Below, in pieces: positions 22,058-34,400 of a DNA stretch of 37,007 bases. The stretch covers positions 1-37,007 of the forward strand of contig BQXS01012550.1 of the NCBI GenBank assembly GCA_024181965.1, written 5' to 3'. The stretch comes from Aduncisulcus paluster (lineage: Eukaryota). Made by a program: the position numbers and the translations under genes. Within the stretch, counting starts at the first letter, position 1; each line of letters begins with the position of its first letter. The notes below the pieces were generated by a model. It was not told where the DNA came from and ran no database searches. It saw only the letters and a list, made by a program, of their open reading frames with translations.

Positions 22058-22402
22058 CTACTTCCGGGTGTCATGATCAATATTGTCCTCTAAAACCTTA
22101 GTAAATTGATCCAACTCCTCAACTACCTGTTCCATTGAGGCCAATCCATCCTCAATCTTCACTAAAGACTGACAAAATTCTTCAATCTCCTTAGCAGCTG
22201 CCTGAGCTCTAGAAGTCGTTGATGTACAATGTTCTAACATTGTATCTACATCTTTGTATTGATCTGTTAAATGCTTATTGATTTTTTGAAGGGTTTGCAA
22301 CTCTTTAACAGGAACTTGAGCTTCTGCCTTTAAATATTCGGTAGATGTATCCATAGCTGACTTTGCCCAATGCGTTAAAGAAGGTACTTTTGGGGTACTC
22401 AT
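22058..22402 (-). CDS. BLOC1S2: BLOC-1 subunit 2 (shared BLOC-1/BORC subunit), 114 aa
   Basis: Size and pattern EYLKAE...ELQTLQKINKHLTDQYKDV...IEDGLASMEQVVEELDQFTKVLE match BLOC1S2. Confidence 0.8.
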   Translation of the reverse strand: MSTPKVPSLTHWAKSAMDTSTEYLKAEAQVPVKELQTLQKINKHLTDQYKDVDTMLEHCTSTTSRAQAAAKEIEEFCQSLVKIEDGLASMEQVVEELDQFTKVLEDNIDHDTRK

Positions 22403-22592
22403 ATATAATTTATCTCGGCTTTCTAGATGTTATCCAAATGTAAATTTTTTCCTACTAATCCGAATAATTAATTTTGAAGATTTCAAAAAGCCATTATCAC
22501 AATATAAAATAACATCCCATCATAAATATTCTTTAAAATAGTCATGAGAAAAGCATATTCGCTCATTTCATTCAATCCGTATTTTGAACGAG

Positions 22593-24264
22593 ATGAGCTT
22601 AGAAGAGAGTTTTTTTCGATATTTAAAAACTTATCTTGTTCAACATGAAGTTTCAATCTCGGATCCTAAGGTGAAACAGCTTCTCTTTACCAGTTTTAAA
22701 GTACGTTCCTCTATTCTAACCTATTTTGTACAGCAATGTTTATTGTTTCTTATATATTTTTAATCCAATACAGCGGAGGCTTAAATACATTATAGAAAAA
22801 GCTCTCCAAGCCCGTGAATTTCGATTAGGAGAGAAATTATTCCCTCCAGCTACTTGTGGAATTGTTTCAGATGTAATAATTCCCTACGATTTATTCCTTG
22901 CAGTTAAAACAAAAAAGCCGAGTACTATTTCAGTCGGGCCATTTAAATCTGCCGAAGAAGCTCTTACAGTAAGAGCGCAAGATCGGAGGATGAAACAAGA
23001 TCAAATTTCTTTTCCAAAAGCACCTAAAACCAAAGGTCGTTTTGTAAAATCAGAAGATCTGACTCTTGGGAAGCGGCGAGTGCTTGAGACATTTTTCAAA
23101 AAATCTTTGGCGGATCATCAATCAAGTGAATCCCTCCGTATTACCCGTGAGATATCGAAATTTGATTGTAAATCATTTCAAAAAACGCAACTTTCGAAGA
23201 AAGCTGAATCCATTGCGAAGAAATATGTCGGGTATGTTCCGGCTTCTGCTGATCCTAAAGATGTCCAGTTTCCATCTTTGCCAGCACCATACCATGCTCC
23301 AATCAGCATAGCGCGTCCCATGGAACCCAATACAGCAATAATAGACAAATATATTCATATGCTATACCGTGATAACGATCCTCGACAAATCCACCGTCCT
23401 TCTCTTCTATATGACAGCAAAATCTATTATAAAGCCCTTCCAGCTCGTAATATGACAAATCCAATCAATTTAAATGATGTTCTCTATGTTTTACGACATG
23501 ATCCTGGTGCCCAGCTCCATTCTCGTCAGCTCCTTTTTTTGTTGTCATGTCTTCCACCTCCTGCTGCCGATGAGTGTCAAAATAAGTCTTGTTTTGATCC
23601 TAGGAAATATTTTGCCGCCCAGACCTCGTCTGCCCCCATCATGAGCTCTTCCATTGGTTATTCTGGTCAGCCATCCCATCCAATGTCCATGTCTCATTCA
23701 ACACCCGGAATGCATACTCCCTCGCATGTCCATCCGTCAATGTCATACGCATCAACTCCACAATCGAGGATGATTCACCCCTCCTCCTCCCAACCTCAAC
23801 ACCCCCATTCTTCTCTGGCTGGAACTCCAATGGCCTCACCAGCCCAACACCAACACGCTCAGCCTCAAGTTCTTCACCACCCTCAACAACAGGGTCAAGT
23901 TCACCATCATCAGGTGTATTCACGTTCACTAATGGCTGGAGCTGGAGGCCAAGTGTCCCCTATGGGACATGCAGGGACACCACAGGGACATCCCCAACAA
24001 CAACAAGGCGCAGGATCCATTCAGAGGAGTTCAAGTGGCGCAATACTTCATTCTCGAGTCCAACCCACACCCTCTGCCATTGCCCAACAACAGCAAGCTG
24101 CCTATCAACAACAACAAAAAATTATATTGTACATTCAATCAATATTTACAAGATATGAAATAACAGAACATACAACCAAGCCAGAATTAGACGCAAAAAT
24201 ACTCTCAATGGCTCCAGAAGAAAAGCAATGGGTTGAATATTATTTCAAAAATGTTCGAAAATAA
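22593..24264 (+). CDS. TAF4-like (or Ada1-like) histone-fold transcription cofactor with Q/H/P-rich tail, about 532 aa; exons 22593-22700 and 22774-24264
   Basis: The spliced N-terminus LVQHEVSISDPKVKQLLFTSFK|RRLKYIIEKALQAREFR resembles the TAF4 histone fold. INLNDVLYVLRHDPGAQLHSRQLLF resembles the TAF4 conserved C-terminal domain. Confidence 0.6.
22701..22773 (+). other. Spliceosomal intron, 73 nt, phase 0
   Basis: AAA|GTACGT...ATACAG|CGG supplies an ATG to an ORF that otherwise starts at a TTG. Confidence 0.8.
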
Positions 24265-24624
24265 CCATGCCGAATTTGTGTCAGAATATAGACAAACTTA
24301 GTCAATTTTATTATATAAAGTAATTTTATTTACTAATTGATCACTTTCTTGATGCCAGAATCTATCCCTTCAAAAACGTAACTCAGATGTAAATAAAAAC
24401 TTAAATAGTCCATATAATAACTAAAACAAGAAAAATTATCCACGAAAACAGAACTGAATCTATCAGGTTCATAATAAAACACAAAATATCAATTTTGGAG
24501 GATTTGATCTTGTATGTTCCATTTTTTCTTCAAATTATTTATTTTTTCTGCGTTTAAATCATTTCTAACACGATAATTTTTTCATATTGTCATGGTGTTG
24601 TACTTTTGTCATTAAATCAGACAT

Positions 24625-25071
24625 ATGCCAAAGAAGGGCAAGGTTTTGCAGCCAAAGCAAACAGATTTTGATGTTATTGACGTTATATCAGAATTGGAGG
24701 GTCATTTTATTGTACTAACTTCTGAATTGGATCAAATAGAGCAGGATATTCTTTCGTTAAAATTATACACAGAAAAATATGGCACAAATCTTCCATTTAA
24801 GCGACAATTAGTTCATTTGAAATATTTAAAACAAGAGAAGAAAAGATTATTATCTAAAGTTAAATTCCAAGTAGATTTATTCCGGCTTCATTTGACAGCC
24901 GGGAAAGATCTTAATCGGCAATTAAGGAGGGAAAACTGTAACATAACATTGAAACCACGGGAATCTCCAACTATAACATGTGAGAGTTCGATTATCTTCT
25001 CGGCCACACAGTCGAGTTATTCTCGTTCTTCATCTGTAAAGATTCTGCCAAGAATTGAAACAGAAGAATAA
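24625..25071 (+). CDS. Small coiled-coil protein, 148 aa; 3' exon structure uncertain
   Basis: ATG-initiated ORF with heptad pattern ISELEGHFIVLTSELDQIEQDILSL. Confidence 0.6.
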   Translation: MPKKGKVLQPKQTDFDVIDVISELEGHFIVLTSELDQIEQDILSLKLYTEKYGTNLPFKRQLVHLKYLKQEKKRLLSKVKFQVDLFRLHLTAGKDLNRQLRRENCNITLKPRESPTITCESSIIFSATQSSYSRSSSVKILPRIETEE

Positions 25072-25330
25072 GTCATCTTAAGCATTTTAGCTATCTATAA
25101 TACTTTCTGTCCATATAGGGAGGGAACCCTCTTGCATGAAAGTAAGTCGTGTAATACAAGAGTTATCAACTGTAACATAAATAAATTTTGTATGTTTATT
25201 ATGTTCTCCGATATTCTATATTGTTTTACCTCCTCTACTTTTCTCTAACAAAATTTGTTCGAATTTTTTTTAAACGTGAGCTTTTTGAGCAATAGGTTTC
25301 ATAAAAAATACTACCCTAACATATACCAAT

Positions 25331-28306
25331 ATGGGCGATAGTATTTTCCATTTACAAAACTCCTCAGATAGATATATTGAAGAAGAAGTACTGAGAGAAC
25401 GTGGATTTAGCAGTGAACTTGAAGATGATGATCAGGCAAAGGATATATATGATGTACGTTTATTTTAATTTATTCATTATTGTAGATTTGTTTGTTTTTA
25501 TGCAAAATTTTTGCGATTTCTCACATATATAATTATCCCCTAATATCTCGTTATTTCTGCATAGGATCAAGATTCCCGCATAAAGGTTGCGGTAAGAATT
25601 CGTCCTGTTGTTGATGAAGACTTTGCTGGCGGAGAAGAACAAGCTCAAGAGTGTGTTCTTGCTATAGATCCAAATACAGTTGGTGTTGATCATGAATCTT
25701 ATGGGAGTCGGGATTTTTCATACGATCTTGTATTATCTCCATCTGTTGCACAATGTGATGTATTTGAGAAGATTGGAAGACCCCTTGTTGAGGATGTTTT
25801 GCGTGGATTTAATAGTACAGTTTTGGCTTATGGACAAACCGCCACTGGAAAGACATACACAGTATTTGGCCCACAAAGAGAGGTATTAGCTGCTCTTCCC
25901 AAAAGCACAATGCTTTCTGGCGGTCAGTATGGGGTTGATGATCTTCCTGATCAAGCAGGTCTGATTCCACGATGTGTTGTTCATTTATTTGACCGTATTC
26001 AAGCCGTAAAGAGTTCTTTTGAGTTTCAAGTTACTGTGTCTTACCTTCAAATTTATCAGGAACAACTCATTGATTTGATGAGAGATCCCGGAACATCTGC
26101 CAAAGAAATCCCCCTTTCTATCCGAGAAGACCCTAAAAATGGAATATACGTCGATAATCTTACCCAAGTGCCTGCCAGAACACCCAGAGATGTCCTTGCT
26201 GCTGTTGCCAAGGCTGCCAGCAAGAGAGTTTTCGCGTCGACAAGCATGAACTCCCAATCCAGCAGGTCCCACGTGGTTCTTAATATTACAGTGGAACAAC
26301 GTATCAGAGGCGAAGTTGTTGGGAGAAAGACGGGGACCGACGGAAGTGTGGCCGCCAAAAGAGGAGTTTTGACAATAGTAGACTTGGCTGGATCTGAGCG
26401 AGTTTCAAAGACTCACTCCCGTGGCCAGCGTCTTCAAGAAGCTCAACACATCAATAAGAGTCTCATGATGCTTGGAAGCTGTGTTTCTGCGCTCTCAAGC
26501 GGCAAGAAAGGTGTCCACATTCCCTTCAGAGACAGCACTCTCACTCGTCTTCTGACTGATTCTCTTGGAGGTAACAGCAAAACCTGTATCATTGCTACCC
26601 TTGGCCCGTGTCTATATAATTATTCCGAAACTGTAAGTACTCTGCGGTTTGCTACTCGCTGTATGTGCGTCCACACTCATGCCCGTGTCAATGAGATTGC
26701 CGACTTTAGATCCCTTAACAAGACTCTACAGCAACAATTGGTAGATGCGTCTCTGCATTGTGAAGTTCTCCAGCAGAGAAATACCCTGCTCTTGTCTGAA
26801 GTTGAAAATCTTCGGGCTCGATTACGTGGGATGTCGGTTAGTCAGCCCGGAATGACTGATGATCCCATGGGAAGCATTCACTCACTCGGTGAACAAGCAT
26901 CAACCCCTCTTCCAGCTCCTCATCCTTCCTCCTCATCCTCCTCTTCCTCTTCCTCTTTCTCTGGTGCCCCAATTTCTGATCCTAGTGGTAAGTTTGAGAA
27001 TGATCGTCTGAGGATTGTCATTGCTCGCCTTGAAGCTGAGCTAGCCAGACAGGTAAGAGGTCGGCAGCGTCAAGCCGAGAGGTATAAGAAGCTCGTCGAA
27101 GTGTGTGTGAGTGTAGGTGGCGTGTATGAATCAATGTGTAAAATTGTTGAAGCGGGAGAAGAGGAAAGAGAGAAGGAGGTGGAAGAGTGTCAGACCCAGA
27201 AGAAAAAGGAAGAACAGTCGATGCGAGCAAAGATGGAAGAATTGCGCATTCAACGTGAAAGGGCCACCAAGACCCANNNNNNNNNNNNNNNNNNNNGCCT
27301 TGAAGCTGAGCTAGCCAGACAGGTAAGAGGTCGGCAGCGTCAAGCCGAGAGGTATAAGAAGCTCGTCGAAGTGTGTGTGAGTGTAGGTGGCGTGTATGAA
27401 TCAATGTGTAAAATTGTTGAAGCGGGAGAAGAGGAAAGAGAGAAGGAGGTGGAAGAGTGTCAGACCCAGAAGAAAAAGGAAGAACAGTCGATGCGAGCAA
27501 AGATGGAAGAATTGCGCATTCAACGTGAAAGGGCCACCAAGACCCACGATAAGCAACATCAACATTCTCACGCATCATTGAGAGATGGTGATAGTGCGAC
27601 GGATCCACATGGAGATAGCAGTCGAGCCATGTCACCCACAAAGCGAAGAACTCGAGGCAACATTTATACCCCCCCACAGAAGCACCAACGGCAGTTACCC
27701 CCCTTACATCCCATGTCTTCGAACCCCACCGTGTCTTCCACCATTCCTTCGAAGGAACCTGCCCTCCCCTCGACTTATCTATCCTCTCCCTTGTTCATGC
27801 CAAGTCCCCGTGATAGAGATCTCGATACAAGGGATATTATGCCTGATCATCAATCTCACGGGTATAAACTCCATCATTCCACATCAATCAGGGCTTCAGA
27901 TGAACGGTCACTGGACCTTGACGACTCTGGAGACCCCTCGATGCCAAGGAAGTCAGAGGACTATTCCGATCGTTCTTCTGTTCCTCGACCACAGCTTAAT
28001 CCACAGAGAAGTGGAGCTCCAGACCGGGATATATTCACAACATCCGTGGCCAGAGTGTTCGCTCAGCCAGTATCGGTATGGGAAAGCCCCACAAGTTCAA
28101 CTCAGCAATTCACTCCAACTCAACCAAGAAGATCGCCCAGTCAAATGGCCAAAATTATGTCCTCTATAAAAACTCATAAATTCCCTTCATTACCGCAACA
28201 TCTTCAACGTGATCTCGACAAAGAAGACGATCAAAAAATTCCCAGAAGCACTTATTTGACAGCTTACTCTTCTCTCAATGATAATAATATGTATAATGAG
28301 TTTTGA
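25331..28306 (+). CDS. Kinesin with N-terminal motor, coiled-coil stalk and disordered tail; exons 25331-25453 and 25565-28306; about 864 aa after collapsing the duplication
   Basis: IKVAVRIRP, P-loop YGQTATGKT, switch I NSQSSRSH, switch II DLAGSE and HIPFRDSTLTRLL. Subfamily not assigned. Confidence 0.95.
25454..25564 (+). other. Spliceosomal intron, 111 nt, phase 0
   Basis: GAT|GTACGT...CTAAT...GCATAG|GAT CAA, in frame with the motor domain. Confidence 0.85.
27027..27546. repeat. 250-bp duplication 27027-27276 / 27297-27546 around the gap at 27277-27296; assembly overlap
   Basis: Apparently identical copies abut the N run on both sides. Confidence 0.92.
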
Positions 28307-28419
28307 ATAAATTATTTGGATTTTTAACCTGAATTTTACCAGGAAAATGGAAGAACAATCGCAAAAGACATCCAATACACCAATCTATCTTGAAATTGCG
28401 TTCTTGCTTGAATCATAAA

Positions 28420-31400
28420 ATGGATTCCCGCGAAGAAGGAGAATCTGAACATAAACAAAAGGCTTCCGTTATATTTACTTGTTTGGTCGTCATTGTATCA
28501 AAAGAAACTAATACAAAGAAAAAAATTAATTTTGACAGGATTTTAACGGAACTAGGCATATCAGAACAACATTTTTTGCAATTAAGTGAAGGATTTAAAG
28601 GTGTTTCAATATCTGAATTGTTGTGTTTTTCGTCTATTACAATCTTAGAACCTCTACTGCTCTATATTTCCGAAAATTGCTCGGAAGATCTGATTAATAG
28701 TCTAATTATTCATTCATATAGTATGATATCAAATGATAAACTTGTTAAACGGCTTATATCTCTTTCTATTATTCACTTGTGCAAACCCGACCTTTCCGAA
28801 GCTATTGTGTGGAGTTTGCAATTATGTATGGAGATAACATTACATAATCAATTTGAAGGCAATGGGTCTCTTAAAAATGCAGTATTATCACTTCTTAATG
28901 ACATAGTTCAATCAAGATCAGCACTTTTTGCTCAAAATGGTGGATTGTGCGGAAATATACTCGTAAATTTATCTAATTATCCTTATACATTATTAACAAA
29001 TGTAAAAAAGACGACAAATATGTTGATTAATTCATTATTAGAGCTTGATGAAATATCTTTTATTGTTGATTGTATTTCAACTGTCCTTTCCTCTGTATCG
29101 ACTACTTTTGTCTGTGAACAATTTGGAACCAGCCTCCAAACCATTGAGAATGCTGAGATTATCAATGCTGTTCTTAGAGAAACACTTCCTTTCGTATTAT
29201 CATTAACATATCAGCGTAGATTAGCAGGTCTCTCTCTAATCTCTCCAATTCTCTCAGTTCGGTCATCGTTAAGCTCTTCTTTCATATATGAGAGCATCCC
29301 ATTATCCATGTATTTCTTTATTTGCTCCTTATTGACTCCTTCTTTCTCAACGGGAACTAATATCCCATCCCAAGATGAATCGTTTGACAATATCGACATG
29401 GCAATTCAACTCGGAGACCGCCATTTATCACGGTTTGTTATTGCCGCCTTTGGAAAACGATCATTTTCGTCCTCCCATTTCCTTGATCACCATATACCTC
29501 GAAAAGGAGGAGAGTCTTCTCTTGTTAACCTTAAATGGCCTCTCTCAGTCGATTATTCCGTCTCTGACTTCGCCAATATTTTCTGTAAGATTGCTTCTCT
29601 CGGTTCTTTATGGGCTGCTGTGCTCTGCCCTTCTGTCTTGTCGAATTGTACTTTATTTGTGAACACAAACGTTTATTCTAAGCCACATAGTGTTGTTACC
29701 ATCATGACCACGTGGCACAATGTGCTAAGAAAAGGAGCTAATCTCCTCCGTTCTATCAAGAAACACGGCGATTCGAGTCCAGCTCCTATATCCTCAGTCA
29801 CCAGTGCTCGTTTATCGCATTCCATTTTCTCAATATTCTCGACTTGTTCCTCAATAATTCAACGGGAATGTTCTACTCTCAAGCTAAGTTTCTCAACTCT
29901 CCATGTAGTCCCCAAGAGTATAGATTCTTCAACAACTGCCGCTGTATTGGTGGAAACTGTGAAGTTAATTAGTATTTTGTTTGAGTTTTTATCTAGAAGT
30001 CAGATTAGTGCTGTTTGTAAGCTCTTAATTCCACTTACGATCAGCCATCCTTCAAATAGAGTACGTAAGCAGTGTGTTATAGCCTTACGGCGTATTAATA
30101 CATTTGCCACACTTCATAAATTGGACGATTTAGTGACTCTTCTCCCCAGTGTTTTGTTGTTATGCGTTGGAGATGAATGTGTTGATGTTTCGAATGAACT
30201 TCATATCAAGAGCGCCAGTGTGTCGGCCACAAAAGATATTCGAAGAGTCAGCATGTGTCTCGATAGAGATAGAATTAAGAAGAAACTAGGGATATCTTCG
30301 CATGCTCTAGTAGATCCCACCATTGACAGTAGTATCAGACAATATTTCACACAATTGGGACTTCTTAAGCCTGTGTCCGGTCAACCATCTCCAAAAACAA
30401 TATCAAGGAAGAGTTTACCACAAGATGAAGAGTCTCCAACATTGCTTGTGTCTGGTTCATCTTCTCTCTACGGGAATAATTCATTGTTTCACGTATGGAG
30501 AATGGCCCTCAGCCCATCTTTAAGTTCTTTGATATACTCCCTCGACACTTATTCGAATCCTCAAGATACATCTGCCATGTTAACTGCTCTATGTTGCAGT
30601 GGGTGCATACTGCAACGTGATCTCACTGAGATTCTTGTTAAAACAATGTTACAAAGCATTACAACTGCCAGAAAGGGACATCAGAAGAGGAAAAAGGGGA
30701 GTTCATCTTTGGCAACGCCCACAAACCCTCAAAAGATAAGCCCTGCATGTTCCATGTTCGTGTTTTCCCGTTTCTTGCTGCTTGGTGAGTCTGCAATCAC
30801 CACAGTTGTATGCAAACGTATCCTGCCCCATGTTATCACCAACACTGCTGCTGCTGATAGTAATCTTATGCTGTCATCATGTTTCACGTTCTTGATCATT
30901 CTTTTCCAGTCATGTCCCAAGTTGGTGGCTCCATTCGCTTCATCGATACAAAGGGCATGCCGATCCTCCATCACAAACATATCTGATACCAAAATAACCC
31001 TCCTTGCACGCTGTGTGTCAGCCCTTTGCAGTGGTGTGAGTGAAGAGTCTTTGAATAACACCTTGAGGGACATCAAAGAGCAAAAAGGGGAGTTCATCTT
31101 TGGCAACGCCCACAAACCCTCAAAAGATAAGCCCTGCATGTTCCATGTTCGTGTTTTCCCGTTTCTTGCTGCTTGGTGAGTCTGCAATCACCACAGTTGT
31201 ATGCAAACGTATCCTGCCCCATGTTATCACCAACACTGCTGCTGCTGATAGTAATCTTATGCTGTCATCATGTTTCACGTTCTTGATCATTCTTTTCCAG
31301 TCATGTCCCAAGTTGGTGGCTCCATTCGCTTCATCGATACAAAGGGCATGCCGATCCTCCATCACAAACATATCTGATACCAAAATAACCCTCCTTGCAC

Positions 31401-34400
31401 GCTGTGTGTCAGCCCTTTGCAGTGGTGTGAGTGAAGAGTCTTTGAATAACACCTTGAGGGACATCAAAGTGGGAAGCAAATANNNNNNNNNNNNNNNNNN
31501 NNAGGGACATCAGAAGAGGAAAAAGGGGAGTTCATCTTTGGCAACGCCCACAAACCCTCAAAAGATAAGCCCTGCATGTTCCATGTTCGTGTTTTCCCGT
31601 TTCTTGCTGCTTGGTGAGTCTGCAATCACCACAGTTGTATGCAAACGTATCCTGCCCCATGTTATCACCAACACTGCTGCTGCTGATAGTAATCTTATGC
31701 TGTCATCATGTTTCACGTTCTTGATCATTCTTTTCCAGTCATGTCCCAAGTTGGTGGCTCCATTCGCTTCATCGATACAAAGGGCATGCCGATCCTCCAT
31801 CACAAACATATCTGATACCAAAATAACCCTCCTTGCACGCTGTGTGTCAGCCCTTTGCAGTGGTGTGAGTGAAGAGTCTTTGAATAACACCTTGAGGGAC
31901 ATCAAAGAGCTTGGGAAGCAAATAGTAGGGCACCAAAAGAGCATTGATCCTGAAATTGCCAAATTAAGCAAGAAGAAAGCAACCAATTTATTGAAAGAAA
32001 CGTGTTCCGTTCTCCCATTTATCCCCATGTCCTTTCCAAACCCTCATGATCTCTCTTACACTCTCAAAACACTCATTTTACAGATGTCTTCTTTACCCAC
32101 AATAGCTTCTGCTGCCATCGAGAGTCTCGTGAGCATTGGGAAACGTGTTCACGGGAACAGGATTGAGGATGAGCAGGTACGTTCTGTATGTTGGTTAGGT
32201 GTTGGAATGCTCTGTGTTGCCTCAAAAGATATGAGAAGTTCATTATTGAGCAATATTGAATCCCTTGCATCCGACAATAACAACTCTAGTAGTCAAGCTT
32301 CAATGCAATCGTATTTTATTCCCAATGTGGACATGGATGAAGGAATTAACAGCGGAACACCATTTCCAGAGTTTATTTTGAACAGACATCGTACTGTTCA
32401 TGCATGCTCAATTGGAGAGCTATCAGCAATGTCCATTCCACCGTTCTTGCAAAAGATTCTCCTTGTAAAGCCAGCTGTCTCTGCCCATGAGACCACACTT
32501 CTCTCTCTGCGCACTCTTTCTGCCTCGCTCTTCCCTTACCCAACTACAGCCGATGGTGTGATAGCCTGTGTGTCTCAGCTCCTTGAACTTGCCAAGAGTC
32601 GTGAGGGTGCAGGTGCTCCTTCCGAAATGGGACAAAGTCTCATGGAAAGTGAATCCGAATTATCTCTTCCCGACAGTGAGAGATCCTCTCGAACTGATTC
32701 AAAGCGTGGAAAGGGTGCAATATCCACCGACAGAGAACAACTTGGTGGCGATGGATCCATTCCATCTCTTTTGCAGGGAATGGGAGGAGCTGTAGAAATG
32801 ATGCTTAGGAAATATATTACACGCTCCTCTGGGTCATGGGAAGGAGAACGCTTCAAAATGAGTGTTGAAGGTGGCTGGAAAGACTTTGCAAGTTCTTTCC
32901 TGTCAAACAAGGACGATGATATTGCTGGGATGGACTCACGAATAGGTCCAGATTCTGGTTTGTTTTCTCTCTCCTTGTTCTCCTGTGAATCCAGCCTTCC
33001 GTCTCTCTCATTCTCTCAAGCGTCTATTGTATCTCTGACCATATTGTCCACCCTAACAGATGTGAGCATCGCCCATAAACTGTGTATACAATCCCTTTCT
33101 CTCTCTCTATGCAGTGAAGATCCAAGGATGCTCATGGTTGGTGAGATGTGTGTGGATCTACTCCTTAAATTGGAACAACACTCCATTTTGAATAGTTTAT
33201 TATCTTCTCTGATTGATTTGCCTTCAACTCCATCCGCTATCAAAGCCATGAGAGACATTGTCGTCCAACTCAAGAAGCACAACACCATTTCTGACAAGGA
33301 TATTCGTGAGATATGCAGAAAGTCAGCCAACATCATTGAAACAGGATCAACTATCCAGCAGAAAGCCGTGGCATGTTCATTATTAGTTGATACCACTCTC
33401 AAATCAACATTCTCAGATAGTGTTCGAGTTCTTGTAGCTGTTGTGAGAGACGATAAGGAAGAAGATGATGAAAGATTTAGAGCTGTTGCAGCCAAGGAAC
33501 TTTCCCGACTTTTGGATGAGTTTTCTGGGTCAATTGGGAATCAGGTCATTTCAGAGTTGCATACACTTATCAACCATGCAAGAATACATGATATCAAGCG
33601 CTCTTTGAGACTTTTAAGGACCTTTTCTGTCCTTCTCAATCCACAAGATTTCTATAATTTCTGTGCAATGTTTATGCTTGACAAAAATCAAGAGGTTCGA
33701 AAAGTTGCCGCTCATATCTTTGAAGAGAAAAAAGAGGAAATTGAGAGAAACCAGCTTGAAAAACGTCGCTCGAGTTCTTTGGAAGGTGAAGAGGATGAAG
33801 ATGAAGCCTTGATGTCAGTCGTTGACACTTCAACACCTCCCGTGGTATCTCTTCCTTTGTCTTGTCCTTATCCAACATCCAATACTGACGATAGCCCGTC
33901 ACAAGTAGTTGGTACAACAATATCATTAAGAAATGATAGTGATATTTTTATTGTGTCTCCCGCACTCAATTCAGTCCTCTCTTTGTTATCCCATTCCCAA
34001 CTTGTAGATCTGTCAACTATCGTAAAAATTTGCACGTCAGAGATTATTAATGGGCTGTCCAGTCCTGAAAATTGTATTAGATCAGGAGTTAAGGGGCTTA
34101 AGGAAGTGTTTAATTCTATTCACGTTGTTAAAGTGGCCTATATGAGTGGCCAAAGTGAAGTTAATCCATCTTTTGTGGGGAAAGTTTGTTCATTAATTGA
34201 GATGACGCAACGCACTGCTCGACAAATCCGAGCTTCTCTCCACTCACTATTAATGAACCGGACAAGCACAAGGAATATTGTACAATCCGTGGATATGAAT
34301 GCTGTTTCCTTCCTTCACATGCTCAATCACTGCACCTGTGCCCTAGTATCCTTACTTTCAGCTGTTTCTGTGAGGATTGAAGATCCAAGAGAATGTGAGG

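Noticed and set aside
22701-22733. Alternative 33-nt intron using the CAG at 22733
   Set aside because: Leads to an in-frame TAA after nine codons.
27027-27546. Apparent tandem duplication in the kinesin stalk
   Set aside because: Identical copies abut the 20-N gap; unmerged contig overlap.
28291-28418. Possible terminal kinesin intron 28291-28342 extending the CDS to 28418
   Set aside because: The GTATAA donor departs from the local consensus, and the stop would fall 1 nt before the next ATG. Unsupported without RNA data.
31060-31179. Frameshift between the 929-aa and 1256-aa ORFs (programmed frameshift or pseudogene)
   Set aside because: Falls at a chimeric junction of the triplicated block next to a gap; collapsing the block restores the frame.
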